From Squalus acanthias (lineage: Eukaryota): DNA of 64,000 nt. Location of the stretch: positions 36,332,001-36,396,000 of the forward strand of contig CM059449.1 of the NCBI GenBank assembly GCA_030390025.1, in the 5' to 3' direction. Shown here piece after piece: positions 23,096 to 35,367 of this stretch. The notes under the pieces were generated by a model. It made no database searches and was not told the DNA's origin. It worked only from the letters and a program-made list of their open reading frames with translations. The translations under genes and the position numbers were made by a program. Positions within the stretch are counted from its first letter, which is position 1, and each line of letters starts with the position of its first letter.

Positions 23096-24368
23096 TGTTC
23101 AGGTTATGACTATCGCTGTGCTATAGATTCTGTACATTTTAGATAATCTCAGATTATATCTGATGGTGTCCCAGTGGGGTGTCACAGTGCTTACCTGACA
23201 TAACTTTAATTTCAAGACTTACTACAAAACTTAGCCAATCCGTTCTTTATGTTCCGCCTAAATGAAGCTTTTTCCTGTTTGTTTATGAAGCAACATGTAA
23301 TGGACATCTAATTCAACCCCTCAGTATCAGTCCTATAGATGCAGCAAAGAAGTATCATCAGGAACCCCTAATGGATTATTTCATTCACATTCGATGGATG
23401 TGGGCCAGATGTTCCTGTCTCTCCACCTGGGAGCTGTTGAATTGTCTGTTGCAGTCAATACTAGAAAATCTCCGGTGGAGTAGAGCGCTTTCCCCAAACG
23501 GAGCTTTCTGATTGTCCATTCATTCCTTTATATGGAGGGAAGATTGGGCAGACCTCTGCATAGTGTGTTCGCTTCCCTGCCCAATGTTGAACTGAGATGT
23601 GATTTCTGATTCCTGTAGTTATTATAACTAATAATGTCTAGAGATGGAAAAAAAAACTAAGAGTGTAGACACTGTAGATTAGATCTAGTCGGTTTTGGTT
23701 AGGCTTGAGACAGACACGAAGAATTATCAAGGCACAAGTATCATTCATTAAATGATTGTTAAATGTCTCTAAACTACAACTATTCATCAAATATGCAAAG
23801 AAACGGCTACTAAATCAGTAAACCAGTAATATATATAACTGCAAGCGTATTATAAGATGTTATGATTTGTTCTTCCTATGTGACCGACTCAGTCAAGCCA
23901 GCATTTATTGTCCATTCGTTCTTGCCTTGACTGCATTAAGAGCAGCTATGTTGGGTGGGATAGCATCACTTGTAGGCCAGACCAGATAGAGAGTGTCAGG
24001 TCTCCTTCTCTGTAAGACATTAGTGAAACAGTGCGGTTTTTATGATAATCCGCCAGCTTCCGTGGTCATTTGTCTTGGTGGTAGCCCACAAATTATCAGA
24101 CTTACTGCTTTCAATTTTACAAATTCCCATATTGGAATTTGGACTCAAAACCTTTCCGATGCTCGTCCAGTACTACCTTCACTAGGCTACTGTATTATCC
24201 CCCTCACTCGTTCTGGAACATTGCTAATGTATTTACAAAATACTGCTTTCATAGTTCTCTGGTACAGCTGAATGAATAGGCAACAGTAAATAATATAATT
24301 CAACTGGGATTGTGGGCTGTGCGTTTCACCAGGTGGATCCAGGGGGATTTTTTTACAAATCAACTTAC

Positions 24369-24628
24369 TTGAACTGAGGTTCATCTGTTGTAACGTTCTG
24401 GAAACTTGCCCTTTCTGACTCCGTGGAAACTGGCTAGAGTAATTGTGAGTTCCTCACAGTAACTGGTGTCACAGAAAGTCACCATCCACTGATTCCTTGG
24501 AACCGTTATGCACATATTGCTGTCACAATAGTCTATCTCACAGCCATCCACAATCTCCATTTTACTATAGTCCGGAAGATGAGAACTCCCATGGTTCACT
24601 GTGTAGTGATGCATCAAAGAGTGAGAAT
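24369..24628 (-). pseudogene. Orphan MHC class I alpha1 exon (paralogue), frameshifted
   Basis: Intact AG and GTAAGT splice sites. Reads DSHSLMHHYTVNHG...DGCEIDY...ITVPRNQWM. It is 260 nt versus 261 in the intact exon; a 1-nt loss near 24409 gives TGA at 24383-24381. The alternative frame restores QVSRTLQQMNLSS, which aligns with PVDRWLQQNNQTS. No alpha2 or alpha3 exon was found downstream. Confidence 0.88.
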
Positions 24629-24775
24629 CTAGAACACCATAATATATTGGTATAACATCAAGTGTTAGAAATCAGTTCACTGAGCAATTTGTGCAAGAAT
24701 CTGAACTTATATTCTGACATCAGAAATATTAAATTAGTGGAAATTAATACACGTTTCCTGAGAAGATAAAATGAC

Positions 24776-24955
24776 NNNNNNNNNNNNNNNNNNNNNNNNN
24801 NNNNNNNNNNNNNNNNNNNNNNNNNNNNNNNNNNNNNNNNNNNNNNNNNNNNNNNNNNNNNNNNNNNNNNNNNNNNNNNNNNNNNNNNNNNNNNNNNNNN
24901 NNNNNNNNNNNNNNNNNNNNNNNNNNNNNNNNNNNNNNNNNNNNNNNNNNNNNNN
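24776..24955. other. N gap just upstream (minus strand) of the orphan alpha1 exon
   Basis: 180 N bases. Confidence 0.98.
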
Positions 24956-25640
24956 TTTGAAATTATGAAATCTGGCCACGGGTTCCCACAAATCACTCAA
25001 ACATCTTTGTGTGGGTTTTTTTTCCCAATCGCTGTTGTCTGAACGTTCTATTGTCCACAATAAGAGATTACATTTTAAAACGTCAACGATTATATTTTAC
25101 AATACAATCATTAATTATATCCAGTAAATGGTCTTTTGCATCTTTTAATGCCTTCCTCAAACTGTCTACCTGAAGGCCTCATCCTCTTTCAGAAGCTTTG
25201 TCTTTGAGTTGGATGGCGACGGTTCAATCTGGGATTGTTAACTAGGCCTAATTTCCCAGCATACAAATGTAGCGATCAGTGAGCGGGGAATGTTTTTCTT
25301 TACATTTTGCCAGGTTTTTCTCAATGATGTTTCCTGAACTAATATTGAAGAAACCTGGACGACCAGTGACAAATCTTTATTGTGATAAAACATAGTTTAC
25401 ATTTTCTCTACAAGAAAAGGCCATTGGGCCCATTGCAACTCATCCCTCCGGGGTTAGGACTGTCCCAGTAGATTGGAACTTCATTGGGAACACCATGCTT
25501 TCCTACTGAGGAATTCATCGTAGCTTTTATCATCCTTGAGGAAAGTTGCTCCTAATATTTGTTTTCAATTACCAAGCCATTAACCTAAATCTGTGTCTTC
25601 TGACTTACTTTAAAATTTTATACTGCAGTCTTGAAAGTAG

Positions 25641-25751
25641 CCTTAACAGACTGATATGAAATCACCCTGTGGGGCGGTGTGACCCCATAACACACTGATA
25701 TGAAATCAACCTGTGGGGCAGTATGACCCCTTAACAGACTGATATGAAATC
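25641..25751. repeat. 44-bp tandem repeat, 2.5 copies
   Basis: CC(T/A)TAACA(G/C)ACTGATATGAAATC starts at 25641, 25685 and 25729. Confidence 0.9.
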
Positions 25752-25799
25752 TCCCATTCTTCGAGTTGTGTTTTGAACGTGGGTCCCCCGTGAGTGTTT

Positions 25800-26040
25800 C
25801 TAATCGTTCTCTTTCACACCACCCCATTCCTCACACAAAAATACTCGATCACAAATATCGTATGGATTTCGGACAAGCAAGACGAAGGAATGGTCCTGCT
25901 GGAGCCCACCTACCGAAACAGACCACTCTCCATTAACTGAAGATTTAGTACTGCTCCATATTGAAGGCAGTTTGGAGGAAACGCTCAGGGAAGCACGGAC
26001 GCAGAATGTACGCTGAGTGGGGACTTCAATGACCACCGCC
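25800..26040 (+). mobile_element. Decayed endonuclease-domain fragment of LINE family B
   Basis: The plus strand aligns by eye to the reverse complement of 44560-44750 (TYR...LVLLHIE..LEETLREARTQNV..VGDFNDH). Confidence 0.6.
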
Positions 26041-29000
26041 AAAGTTGTCCAGTTGTCTCTGCACTTGTAAAGATTCGGCACTTGTACTGGACGTAGAATT
26101 GCTGTACCTGGTAAGGCTTTGGTGCAGATTATTGAATACCAAAACTGTTAAGGAATAATGCTGGTACATGGAACTGTGCCCTTTAACATGGAGAGGAGAG
26201 GTTCTCCATTGCAGTTGACTGCATGGCGGGGTCTAGTCATGGTGTGGATTCACGGAATGAAGGCAAACGGGAAATGTACCTTGTTCACAGCTCAAGTCCT
26301 GAGACAAGGAATATTAGACATTACATATTCACTGCAGTTTGTTTGTTCATTGCTTGTTTTGCTGTTATGGAGCAAATTGCAAAGGTTTCAAGAATTTCCA
26401 GCTATCTTCTCGTGGTTGGAAGACTGAAAATGCGGAACTGTGAATTCGGTAACGGAAACAGCTTTGTTGAAGGGACGCGGGTGTCTGTCCAGTTCGGCAG
26501 AAACTAAAGCCACAAAGTTTCGTTTTCTGTCACTCAGAGACTAGCAGTGTTAGCAGAAAGTCCCTGCACATAAACCGCAAGCGACAACAAATATAGCACA
26601 GAGCACATTGCTTAAAGCATCCACAACATGTTACACAGTCGGATCACGGAATCGACCATTCCGAGCCCAGCTCCATTACATCCATTGTGTATACAGAGTG
26701 ACTTTAAGTGCAAGTCGGAAATGACAATGGTATTCTAAATGGTGAATTCACTTTCTTCCGCTTTCTTTCTGTACTTTCAGACTCTGTTTTGCTAAAATAG
26801 AATACTTGGAAACTCCAGCGGATCCAGGAAATTGGAAGGCTACATTGGGAAACTATTGGATCCGCCATTCCTCTATCGGGGGAGCGCAAGAGGCCAGAAT
26901 TGGAGGCGCGCAGATATGTACATAAAATAAAGGCAGTGTTTGGAAAAGTTTCTGGGACTCGATAACGGTGTTCAACAGATGTGATATTTTGATCGGTTTA
27001 AATGACCCCCTGGCTGATCTCAATGTTTGATTTCCGATTTTAAAGGAAATTTGGTATTATTAAAGTTTGTTGTTAACTTGGCCGCATTGTACCAATTACG
27101 GAAGGTGGATTTAATATTATTTAAAGGGGTACTTCATTCACTGGAAAACTCAAAAGTCCACAGGTATATCTAACACCTTTCTCCCTCCTCCCGCCCCCGA
27201 CTGTGTTTTAATCTTTAAACCTGCCGATCTGGGCACCGTGCGAGGCCAGGAAGTAAGGACGGGATTTCCTTGCTCAATACAAGTATGAAGAGTCCTTCCA
27301 GTCACATCATAAATGGCCAGTGCGACCCCCGTGCGGGAGAGGAACTTTACCAGCAAACCAAGACTCAGTGTCTGGGCTCCCCCATGAAACTCAGACTGAA
27401 AGGTGTTCTATCCGATGTCAGTTGGTTCCTGTGCAGTCCACAGTGAGTCACTGCCTCCGGTATAGGAGGGAAAAATAATTCATCCCCACCCCTAAAACAA
27501 AAGAAACATTCTCCAAACCGTACATTTCAATTCGGTGATAGTGAGTAACAGACATGGAGATATAAAGCTGTTGGTTATTTGAAATCATTCTGGTTACTAA
27601 TAAGAAAATAAATCCATGAAATTGAAACATTATCTGAGAGTTAGCTTTCTTGAATTATGTAAAGGACGCTTTGGGCCCGTCACTAACTACAACATGGAAC
27701 ACTTATCTTCACGTGGTGCATTACATCGAGTTTACAGCACAGAAACAGGCCATTCGGCCCATTCGGCCCATCTGGCCCCTGCCAGTGTTTATGCTCCACA
27801 CCAGCCTCCCTCACTCTATTTGCTTCATCTCACCCTATCCACATATCCTTCTATTCCTTTCTCCCTCATGTACTTATCTAGCTTCACCTTAATACGTCTA
27901 TACTATTGGCCTCTACCACTCCACGTGGTAGCGAGTTCCACATTCTCACCGCTCTCTCAGTAAAGTCCTTTCTCCTGAATTCCTTGTTCGATGTATTAGT
28001 GATTATCTTGTATTTGTGGCGCCTAGTTTTGGATTCCCCACAAGTAGAATCATCTTCTATAAGTCTACTCTATCGAACCCGTTCATAATCTTAAAGACCT
28101 CTAGCAGCTCACCCCTCAGTCTTCCCTTTTCTGGAGTAAATTGCCCCAGTCTATTCATGTTTTCCTGATAGTTATAACCTCTCAGTCTGGTGACATCCTT
28201 GTAAAAAAAACTCTTTCCAATGCATCTATATCCTTTGTTTTTATAATATGCAGAACAGAACTGTGCATAGTAATCTAAGCGTGATCTAAGCAAGGTTCAA
28301 AACAGGTTTAACATAACTTCTCTGCTTTTGAATTGTATTTATCAAGAAATTAACCCCAGTGCTTTGTTAGGATTGTATGGCCTTATTAACCAGTGTTGCT
28401 GTATTTAATGATCTGTGAATGTTTACACCTAGATCCATTTGCTATTCTACCCCATTTAGTCTCTTATTTTCCAAAGAGTATGTGGACTCCTTACATACGA
28501 ACATAACAAATAGGAGCAGGAGTAGGCCATTTGGCCCTTTGAGCCTGCTCCACCATTCAATAAGATCATGGCTGAACTTTTACCTCATCCCCACTTTCCT
28601 GCACTATCCCCGTATCCCTTGATTCCCTTAATATTCAAAAATAAATCGATCTTTGTCTTGAATATACTCAACGACAGATCCTCAACAGCCCTCTGGAGTA
28701 GAGAATTCCAAAGATTCACCACCCTCTGAGTGAAGAAATATCTCCTCAACTCAATCCTAAATGGCCAAACCCTTATTCTGAGACTGTGACACCTTGGTCT
28801 AGACTCTCCAGCCAGGGGAAACATCTACCCTGGCAAACCCTGTAAGAATGTTGTATGTTTCAATGAGATCACCTCTCATTCTTCTAAACTCCAGAGAATA
28901 TAGACCTAGTCTACTCAATCTCTCCTCATAGGATAATCCCCCCATCCCAGGAACAAATCTGGTGAACCTTCGTTGTACTTCCTCTATGGCAAGTATATCC

Positions 29001-29798
29001 TTCCTTAGCTAAGGAGTCCAAAACTGTACACAATACTCCAGGTGTGGTCTCACCAGGGCCCTATATAACTGCAGTAAGACATCTTTATTCTTATAAACAA
29101 ATCCTTTTGTAATAAAGGCCAACGTACCATTTGCTTTCCTAATTTTTTGCTGTACCTACATGCTAACTTTCAGTGATTCGTGTACAAGGACACCCAGGTC
29201 CCTCTGAACCCCACCATTTTGTAATCTCTCAACATTTAAAAAATACTCTGCTTTTCTATTTTTCCTACCGAAGTGGATAACTTCACATTTCTCCACAGTA
29301 TATTCCATTTGTCGTGTTCTTGCCCACACACTTAGACTGTCTATATTCCCTTGAAACTTCCTTGCATCCTCCCCACAACTTACATTCCCACCCAGCTTTG
29401 CATCCCCAGCAAACTTGGATATATTACATATAGTCCCCTCATCCAAATCATTGATGTAGATTGTGAATGCTGAGGCCCGAGCACTGATCCTTGCGGTACC
29501 CCACTAGTTAAAGCGTGCCAACCCGAAAATGATCCGTTTTTTCCACTCTCTGTTTTCTGTCCATTAACCAATCCTCAATCCATGCTAATATATTACCCCC
29601 ATTCCCATGAGCCTTAATTTTGTTTAACACCCTCTTGTGTGGCACCATAGCAAAAGTCTTCTGAAAATCCAAATACACCCCATCCACTGTTTCCATCTTA
29701 TCTATTCAGCTATTTACAGCGTCAAAAAACTCTAACAGATTTGTCAAACACGATTTCCCTTTCATAAATCCGTGTTGATTCTGCCCAATCCCATTATT

Positions 29799-30560
29799 GG
29801 CCCAAAACTTCGGCTGAATACGGGAGAGTATGAACTGTGTACTCTCGCGTATTCGGTCCCGAAGTGCCGGTTTCCTGCATGCAATGCGCATGGGCGGGAA
29901 ACCGGCACTTCCGGTATTGCTAAGGGGGCGGTTCCTAAGTGAACCGCGTGCGCACTACAGGCTGTGCGCACGCAGCACACTTAGGTTTTTTTTCAGGTTT
30001 CAACGCGAGGGTAAGTATTGAAGATTTTACACATAAAAAAGGAGGCGTAAGACCCCCTTTTAACAAGGTAAGTAGTTAATTAAGTATTATTTTAAATTTT
30101 TTTCAACAGGTTTATCTTTTTTAGAGACTTTAAAGAAAGGTAAGTTTATTTTTATAACTTTTAAAAAGAATTTAAAAAAATTCAAAAATTTAAATTTTTG
30201 TTTAAAGTGGTTAATTTATTTAATTATAGTTATTTTATTAATGTGATGGTTTTTTTTTAATTTATTTGAGGTTTAGCTGTTCTTTTGGGGGCAATTTGTA
30301 TTCATTGTTTTGACAGTTCTCCTGTCAAAACTATGAATGAAAGATGGTGTGCTGCCATTGGCTCTCCATGGCCCACGTGATCCCAGAGGTCGCATCGAAC
30401 TAACTGCGCCTCTGGGACATGCACACACTGCGCGTCGGCACCAGGGAGAGGCCCAGGACCAGACGTTTGTGTGGGCCCGAAACATAAAGGCAGGCATGGT
30501 AGGTAAGATCGCGCGCGATCCTTACCCCCGCGGCAAGCCTCCGAGTCAAATTTCTGGGCC
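29799..30560 (+). mobile_element. ~760-bp MITE, copy 3 (uninterrupted), inserted in CR1 RT
   Basis: ATT|GGCCCAAAACTT...AATTTCTGGGCC|AAT. CR1 sequence resumes on both sides. Confidence 0.88.
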
Positions 30561-31632
30561 AATATTTTCTAAATGCCCTGTTTCCATTTCCTTAATAATA
30601 GATTCTAGCATTTCCCCCACTACTGATATCAGGCTAACTGGTTGTAGTTCCCCGTTTTCTCTCTCCCTCCTCTCTTAAAAAGTGGGATTACATTTGCTAC
30701 CTACCGATCTGCGGGAACCGTTCTAGAATCTATGGAGTTTTGGAAAATGACAACCAATGCATCCAGTATCTCTATATCCAACTCTTTCAAAACCCTAGGA
30801 TGTAGGCCATCAGTTCCAGGGGATTTATTGGCTTTCAGTCCCTTTAATTTGTCCAATTATATTTTATTACTAATACTAATTTCTTCCAGCTCCTCATTCT
30901 CGCTAGACCCTTGGTTCTCCACATATTTCCGGGAAGTTTTTTGCGTCTTCTTCCATGAAGACTGACACAACGTATTTGTTTCATTCCTCAGCCATTTCCT
31001 TATTCTCCATTATAATTCTCCTGTCTCAGCCTGTAACAGAGTCACATTTACTTTCGCTAATCTTTTCCTTTCTTCATACCTATAGAAGCTTTTACAATCT
31101 GTCTTTATGTCTCTCGCTAGTTTAATCTCATATTTGATTTTCCCTTTCTTTATCTATTTGAAATACGCTCTTTCCCGAATCCTCCCACCCACACCTTCAT
31201 TAGTTTAATGCCCTGTCTGCTGCTCTAGTTATTCCGTTCGGCATGACACTGGTGCAAGCCCGGTTTAAGTGGAGACCGTCCCAAAGGAACGGTTCCCTCT
31301 TTCCCCAGTACCGGTGTCAGTGCCCCATGAACTGCAACCCCTTCCTCCCACATAACTCTTTGAGCCAAGCATTTAAACCTCTAATCTGTTTGTCCCTATG
31401 CCAATGTGCGCATGGCTCAGGTAATAATCCAGAAATGATTAACTTTGAGGTTCTGCTTTTTAATATTGATCCAAGGTCCTTAAAATCCCTCAGCAGAAGC
31501 TCATTCCTTATTCTACCTATGTCGTTGTTTACTACATGGACCACGACAACTGGATCCTCCCCCTCGCACTCCAAATTCTTCCCCAGCCGCGAGGAGATAT
31601 CTTTAACCATGGCACCGGGCAGGCAACACAAT

Positions 31633-32255
31633 TCTGTGGCAACAAGAGCAGGTCAGAGGCTAGGTATTCCGTGGAGAGTTTCACACCTGCTGACTCCCCA
31701 AAGCCTTTCCACCATCTACAATGCACAAGTAAGGAGTGTGATTGAATACTCTCCATTTGCCTGAATGAGTGCAGCTCCAACAACACTCAAGAAGCTCGAC
31801 ACCATCCAGGACAAAGCAGCCCGCTTGATTGGCACCTCATCCACCACCTTAAACATTCACTCGCTCCACCACCGGCGTACTGTGGCTGCAGTGTGTAACA
31901 TCTACAAGATGCACTGCAGTAACTCGCCAAGGCTTCTTTGGCAGCACCTCCCAAACCCGCGACCTCTTCCACCTAGAAGTACAAGGGCAGCAGGCACACG
32001 GGAACACCACCACCTCCAAGTTCCCCTCCAGGTCAAACACCATCCTGACTTAGAAGTATATCGCCGAACCTTCATCGTCGCTGGGTCAAAATCCTGGAAT
32101 ACCCTACCTAGTAGCACTGTGGGAGTACCATCACCACACGGACTGCAGCGGTTCAAGAAGGCGGCTCACCACCACCTTCTCAAGGGTAACTAGGGATGGG
32201 CAATAAAGGCTGGCATTGCCAGCGACGCCCTGATCCCATAAAAAAAATTAAAAAA
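31633..32255 (+). mobile_element. LINE family B 3' fragment inserted into CR1 ORF1
   Basis: VATRAGQRLGI...YNAQVRSVIEYSPFA...LDTIQDKAARLIG, with the 3' end GGGATGGGCAATAAA...GCCAGCGACGCCC and an A-rich tail. Confidence 0.85.
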
Positions 32256-33519
32256 ACCTTCAGAACTTCGGCTGCAGAGAAAAGTATCTATCTACCTGAC
32301 TATAATGTCCCCTAGCATAACTACATTCCCTTTCACTCCCCCCACTTGAATGGCCTCCTGCACCACGGTGCCATGGTCAACTTGCTCAGTCAACATACAG
32401 ACTTTTCCCTCATCCACACTGGCAGCAAGAACCTAATACCTTTTGGACCAGGGCAAAGGCTGAGGCTCCTCCAGCACTGTACCTGGGGTTCCCTTACCTG
32501 CCTGAATTTCCGTCACACGCTCCTGTCCCTGACCACTAACCAGACCTGTACCAATACCGAACCTAAGGGGTGTCACTGCCTCATTGATCAAAGCATCCAG
32601 GTTACTCTACCCATTTGTGATGTCCCGCAATGTCTGCACTTCAGACTCCAGCTCAAAAACTCTGAGATGGAGTTTCTCAAGATATAGGCACTCACTGAAA
32701 ACGTGGTTGTCCGGGATCAGAATGCTCTCCACAATCTCCCACATGCTACAGTTGCGGCAAATCACCTGCACTACCATCCCTTTATGACCTTGTTTTCTTT
32801 AATTAAATTTAATTAATTGTGTATTTAGGTAACTTAGTTTACAGTGTAATTTCTTGACTACTTACTTGATCTAGATTAATTTAACTGTACTGCAATTAAA
32901 TATCTACTTGTAACACAAACCACAAGTAGTGTAGGCAAAAAGCAACAACTCATTCCCCCTCTTCTCCGAATTCCCACTCTTTCCATAATCCCAAATAAAA
33001 CACTCTGTTCAAGTCTACTCCGTTTAATCCCGCACTGTGTAAGATTCAAAAGCCTCTGATTAATGAAATGTCTGCTCATCTCAGCCCTAAATGGCCGCGC
33101 CCTTCTCCTGAACTGTGCCCCTAGTTCTAGACTCTCCAGCCAGGGGAAACAGCCTCTCGGCATCCACCCTGTCAATCCCCTCAGAATCACTCTTCCTGTG
33201 ATACCCAGTGTTAGTAACAAGCACGGGCGAGTCAGGTATATGCGGTTGGATGCAGATTAAAGCTCCCTCTACCGCCTCAATAAAGTTCCTCTGCTCCAAC
33301 CTCGGAGGAGCGCCCCCTCCTGCATCACTGTGCAATGTTCTATTCTCTCTGGTTCAAACCACATCCATTTATTCCAACAAGTCACTGTTCAAATTATAGT
33401 AATATTAGTTGCTGTGCTTTTATTCTTAATGTTAAACTAAATCAAATAATTACTTGCGTGTTTATCTGTAATGCATCACATATGCTGTTAACCAAAAATA
33501 AGTACTGTATTAAGTCTGG

Positions 33520-34270
33520 CAATGAAGAGCACACATTGACGGTGGTCATGAATAGTATTCAACTGTAAAAGGTGTACAACATCGTACAGGGTGCAGCCAT
33601 TCATTGTAAAGTAATTCAACACTATACAGGGTGCGCTTTCAGTCAGTGTAAAATCAGTATAAAATCGGTGTGTAATCTTGCGGGGGCGGGGCGGGCGATT
33701 CATTGATATAAAACCAGGGCAAAAACATTCCGGTGGGTGGGGAGGCATTCATAATCACTGCTAAATCATACAAGGAATGAATTTATTAGAGTTATGTAAT
33801 TAAAATAAAATCATACAGGGAAGGCATTCATTACCTTTAGATAGTAAAAAAAAATACAGGGATTGCATTCCGTTAGAGTTAAATCAGAATTAAATCACAC
33901 AGAGAATTAATTTATTAGGCACAAAATCAGATCAAAATCACAGAGGGGTGCATTCAGTAAGTTTAAAATCAGAACACAATCACACACACAGTTCATTCAA
34001 GTGTAAAAGTAGCGTAAAATCGTACACGGGGTGCAGTCATTTGGTATAAAATTAATACAACTTATGCAATGGGCGCTTTGAATTGGCTAAAAATCAGTAT
34101 AAAATCAGACGGGGACAAATTCATTAGGTATGGTTTCAGTACAAAGCCTTTCAGAGGCGCTTTCATCAGGTTTGTAATTCAATACAAACGAGGGAAGGGC
34201 GCATTCATTCGGTTTAAATCAACACAAAACCACAGAGGGGATGCTTCCATTTGATGTAAAATTAGATCAA
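33520..34270. repeat. Highly diverged 42-bp tandem array (~17 units)
   Basis: GCATTC/GCTTTC anchors at 33865, 33950, 34033, 34075, 34159, 34201 and 34243 (multiples of ~42). Approximate consensus GCATTCATTAGGTATAAAATCAGTACAAAATCATACAGGGGT. Confidence 0.75.
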
Positions 34271-34359
34271 AAAGGTAGCAGAGAGAGAGAGAAAAATAAA
34301 TGAGTGAATAATTCTAGAGTCACAAAAGTCAAAGAGGAAAACCAGACAGATTTAGTAAA

Positions 34360-34705
34360 AGAGAGGAGAGGAGGGGAATATAAGGAGAGCAGAGAGAAGC
34401 GGGGATGAGAGTAGAGGAGAGCAGAGGCGAGGGGACGAGTGGAGAAGAGAGGGCAGGAGAGCAAAAGAGACTGGAGAGGAAAGTAGAGGAGAGCAGAGGA
34501 GAGCAGAAGAGAAGAGAGCAGAAAGTAGAGGAGAGGAGCGAACAGGAGCAATGGGTGGAGAGGAGAGGAGAGAGGAAAGGAGGAGAGGAGAGGAAAATGG
34601 GAGCAGAGGAGAGGAGAGGATAGAGCATGGAGGAAAAGGAGAGCGCATGGGGTGAAAGGAGAGAGAGGGCTGATGTAAATGACTGGAAAGGAAAGAGATA
34701 AAGTG
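34360..34705. repeat. Purine-rich (AGAGG)n-like low-complexity tract
   Basis: Directly visible in the sequence. Confidence 0.9.
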
Positions 34706-35367
34706 AACAGAAGTGAATAAGATATAAATTGCGTGGATCACAGATTCCAGTGAATACGGAGTTAGATTTGGCTGGTCCTGCTCCAGTGTCTATAGGATCA
34801 CCTGGGCCCAGCCAATCCAAATCTGCCACCAATTCCAGATTGTCACCTGCTCCGAACCTGTTGAAACCCGCCGATTTGCTGCCAACTCCGCCTCTGTTAC
34901 AACATCCAGATCCGCCACCAGAACTTTTCTTACAGCACCTCATAGGCTTTTAGTGTAACCTGGCATCTGGAAGTGAAAGAGAGATCGGAGATACATCAGC
35001 AGCATTATACGAAGCGACAGATTGTTAAGTATTCAATGTGTCTGATGTTACAATTGTTAATTAGCTGTTTCAATATCATGATTGGAAACTGTGCAGTCAC
35101 TTTTTCATGTTGGTGGTGACCTATTCTGCCTTGTCTTCTGGCTGCTTATAGTGAGCGCCCCCTCGTGGATATGGTTAGTGTTACAATGACAAGTCCAATC
35201 CACACCTCCTAGTATCTGCTGTGAGATGCAGGTCTCTCGATATAGTGAGAAGATGTGGACCGGGCTTCTGGCGTTCTACTCTAAACCTAGAAATTCGTCT
35301 CGAGCAGCGGCGAAAAACGGGTGGTGTCGGATCGAACGCCCGTTTTTTGCAGCGTCTGATATTACAG

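Larger units (their letters stand above)
27725..32790 (-). mobile_element. Stack of CR1 LINE pieces (3' ends at ~27725 and ~28497; RT; ORF1 esterase region ~31170-31630 and ~32255-32790)
   Basis: RT motifs ([39 protein letters not shown]) and ORF1 SGNH-esterase motifs (VVVVHVVNNDIGR, IISGLLP). Interrupted by a MITE and a family-B LINE. Confidence 0.85.

Noticed and set aside
23197-23274. Minus-strand exon ending at a strong CAG|GTAAGC donor
   Set aside because: All three frames contain stops, and there is no similarity to class I domains.
34267-34741. Leu/Ser/Pro-rich and Glu/Arg-rich ORFs
   Set aside because: Translations of the (AGAGG)n low-complexity tract.
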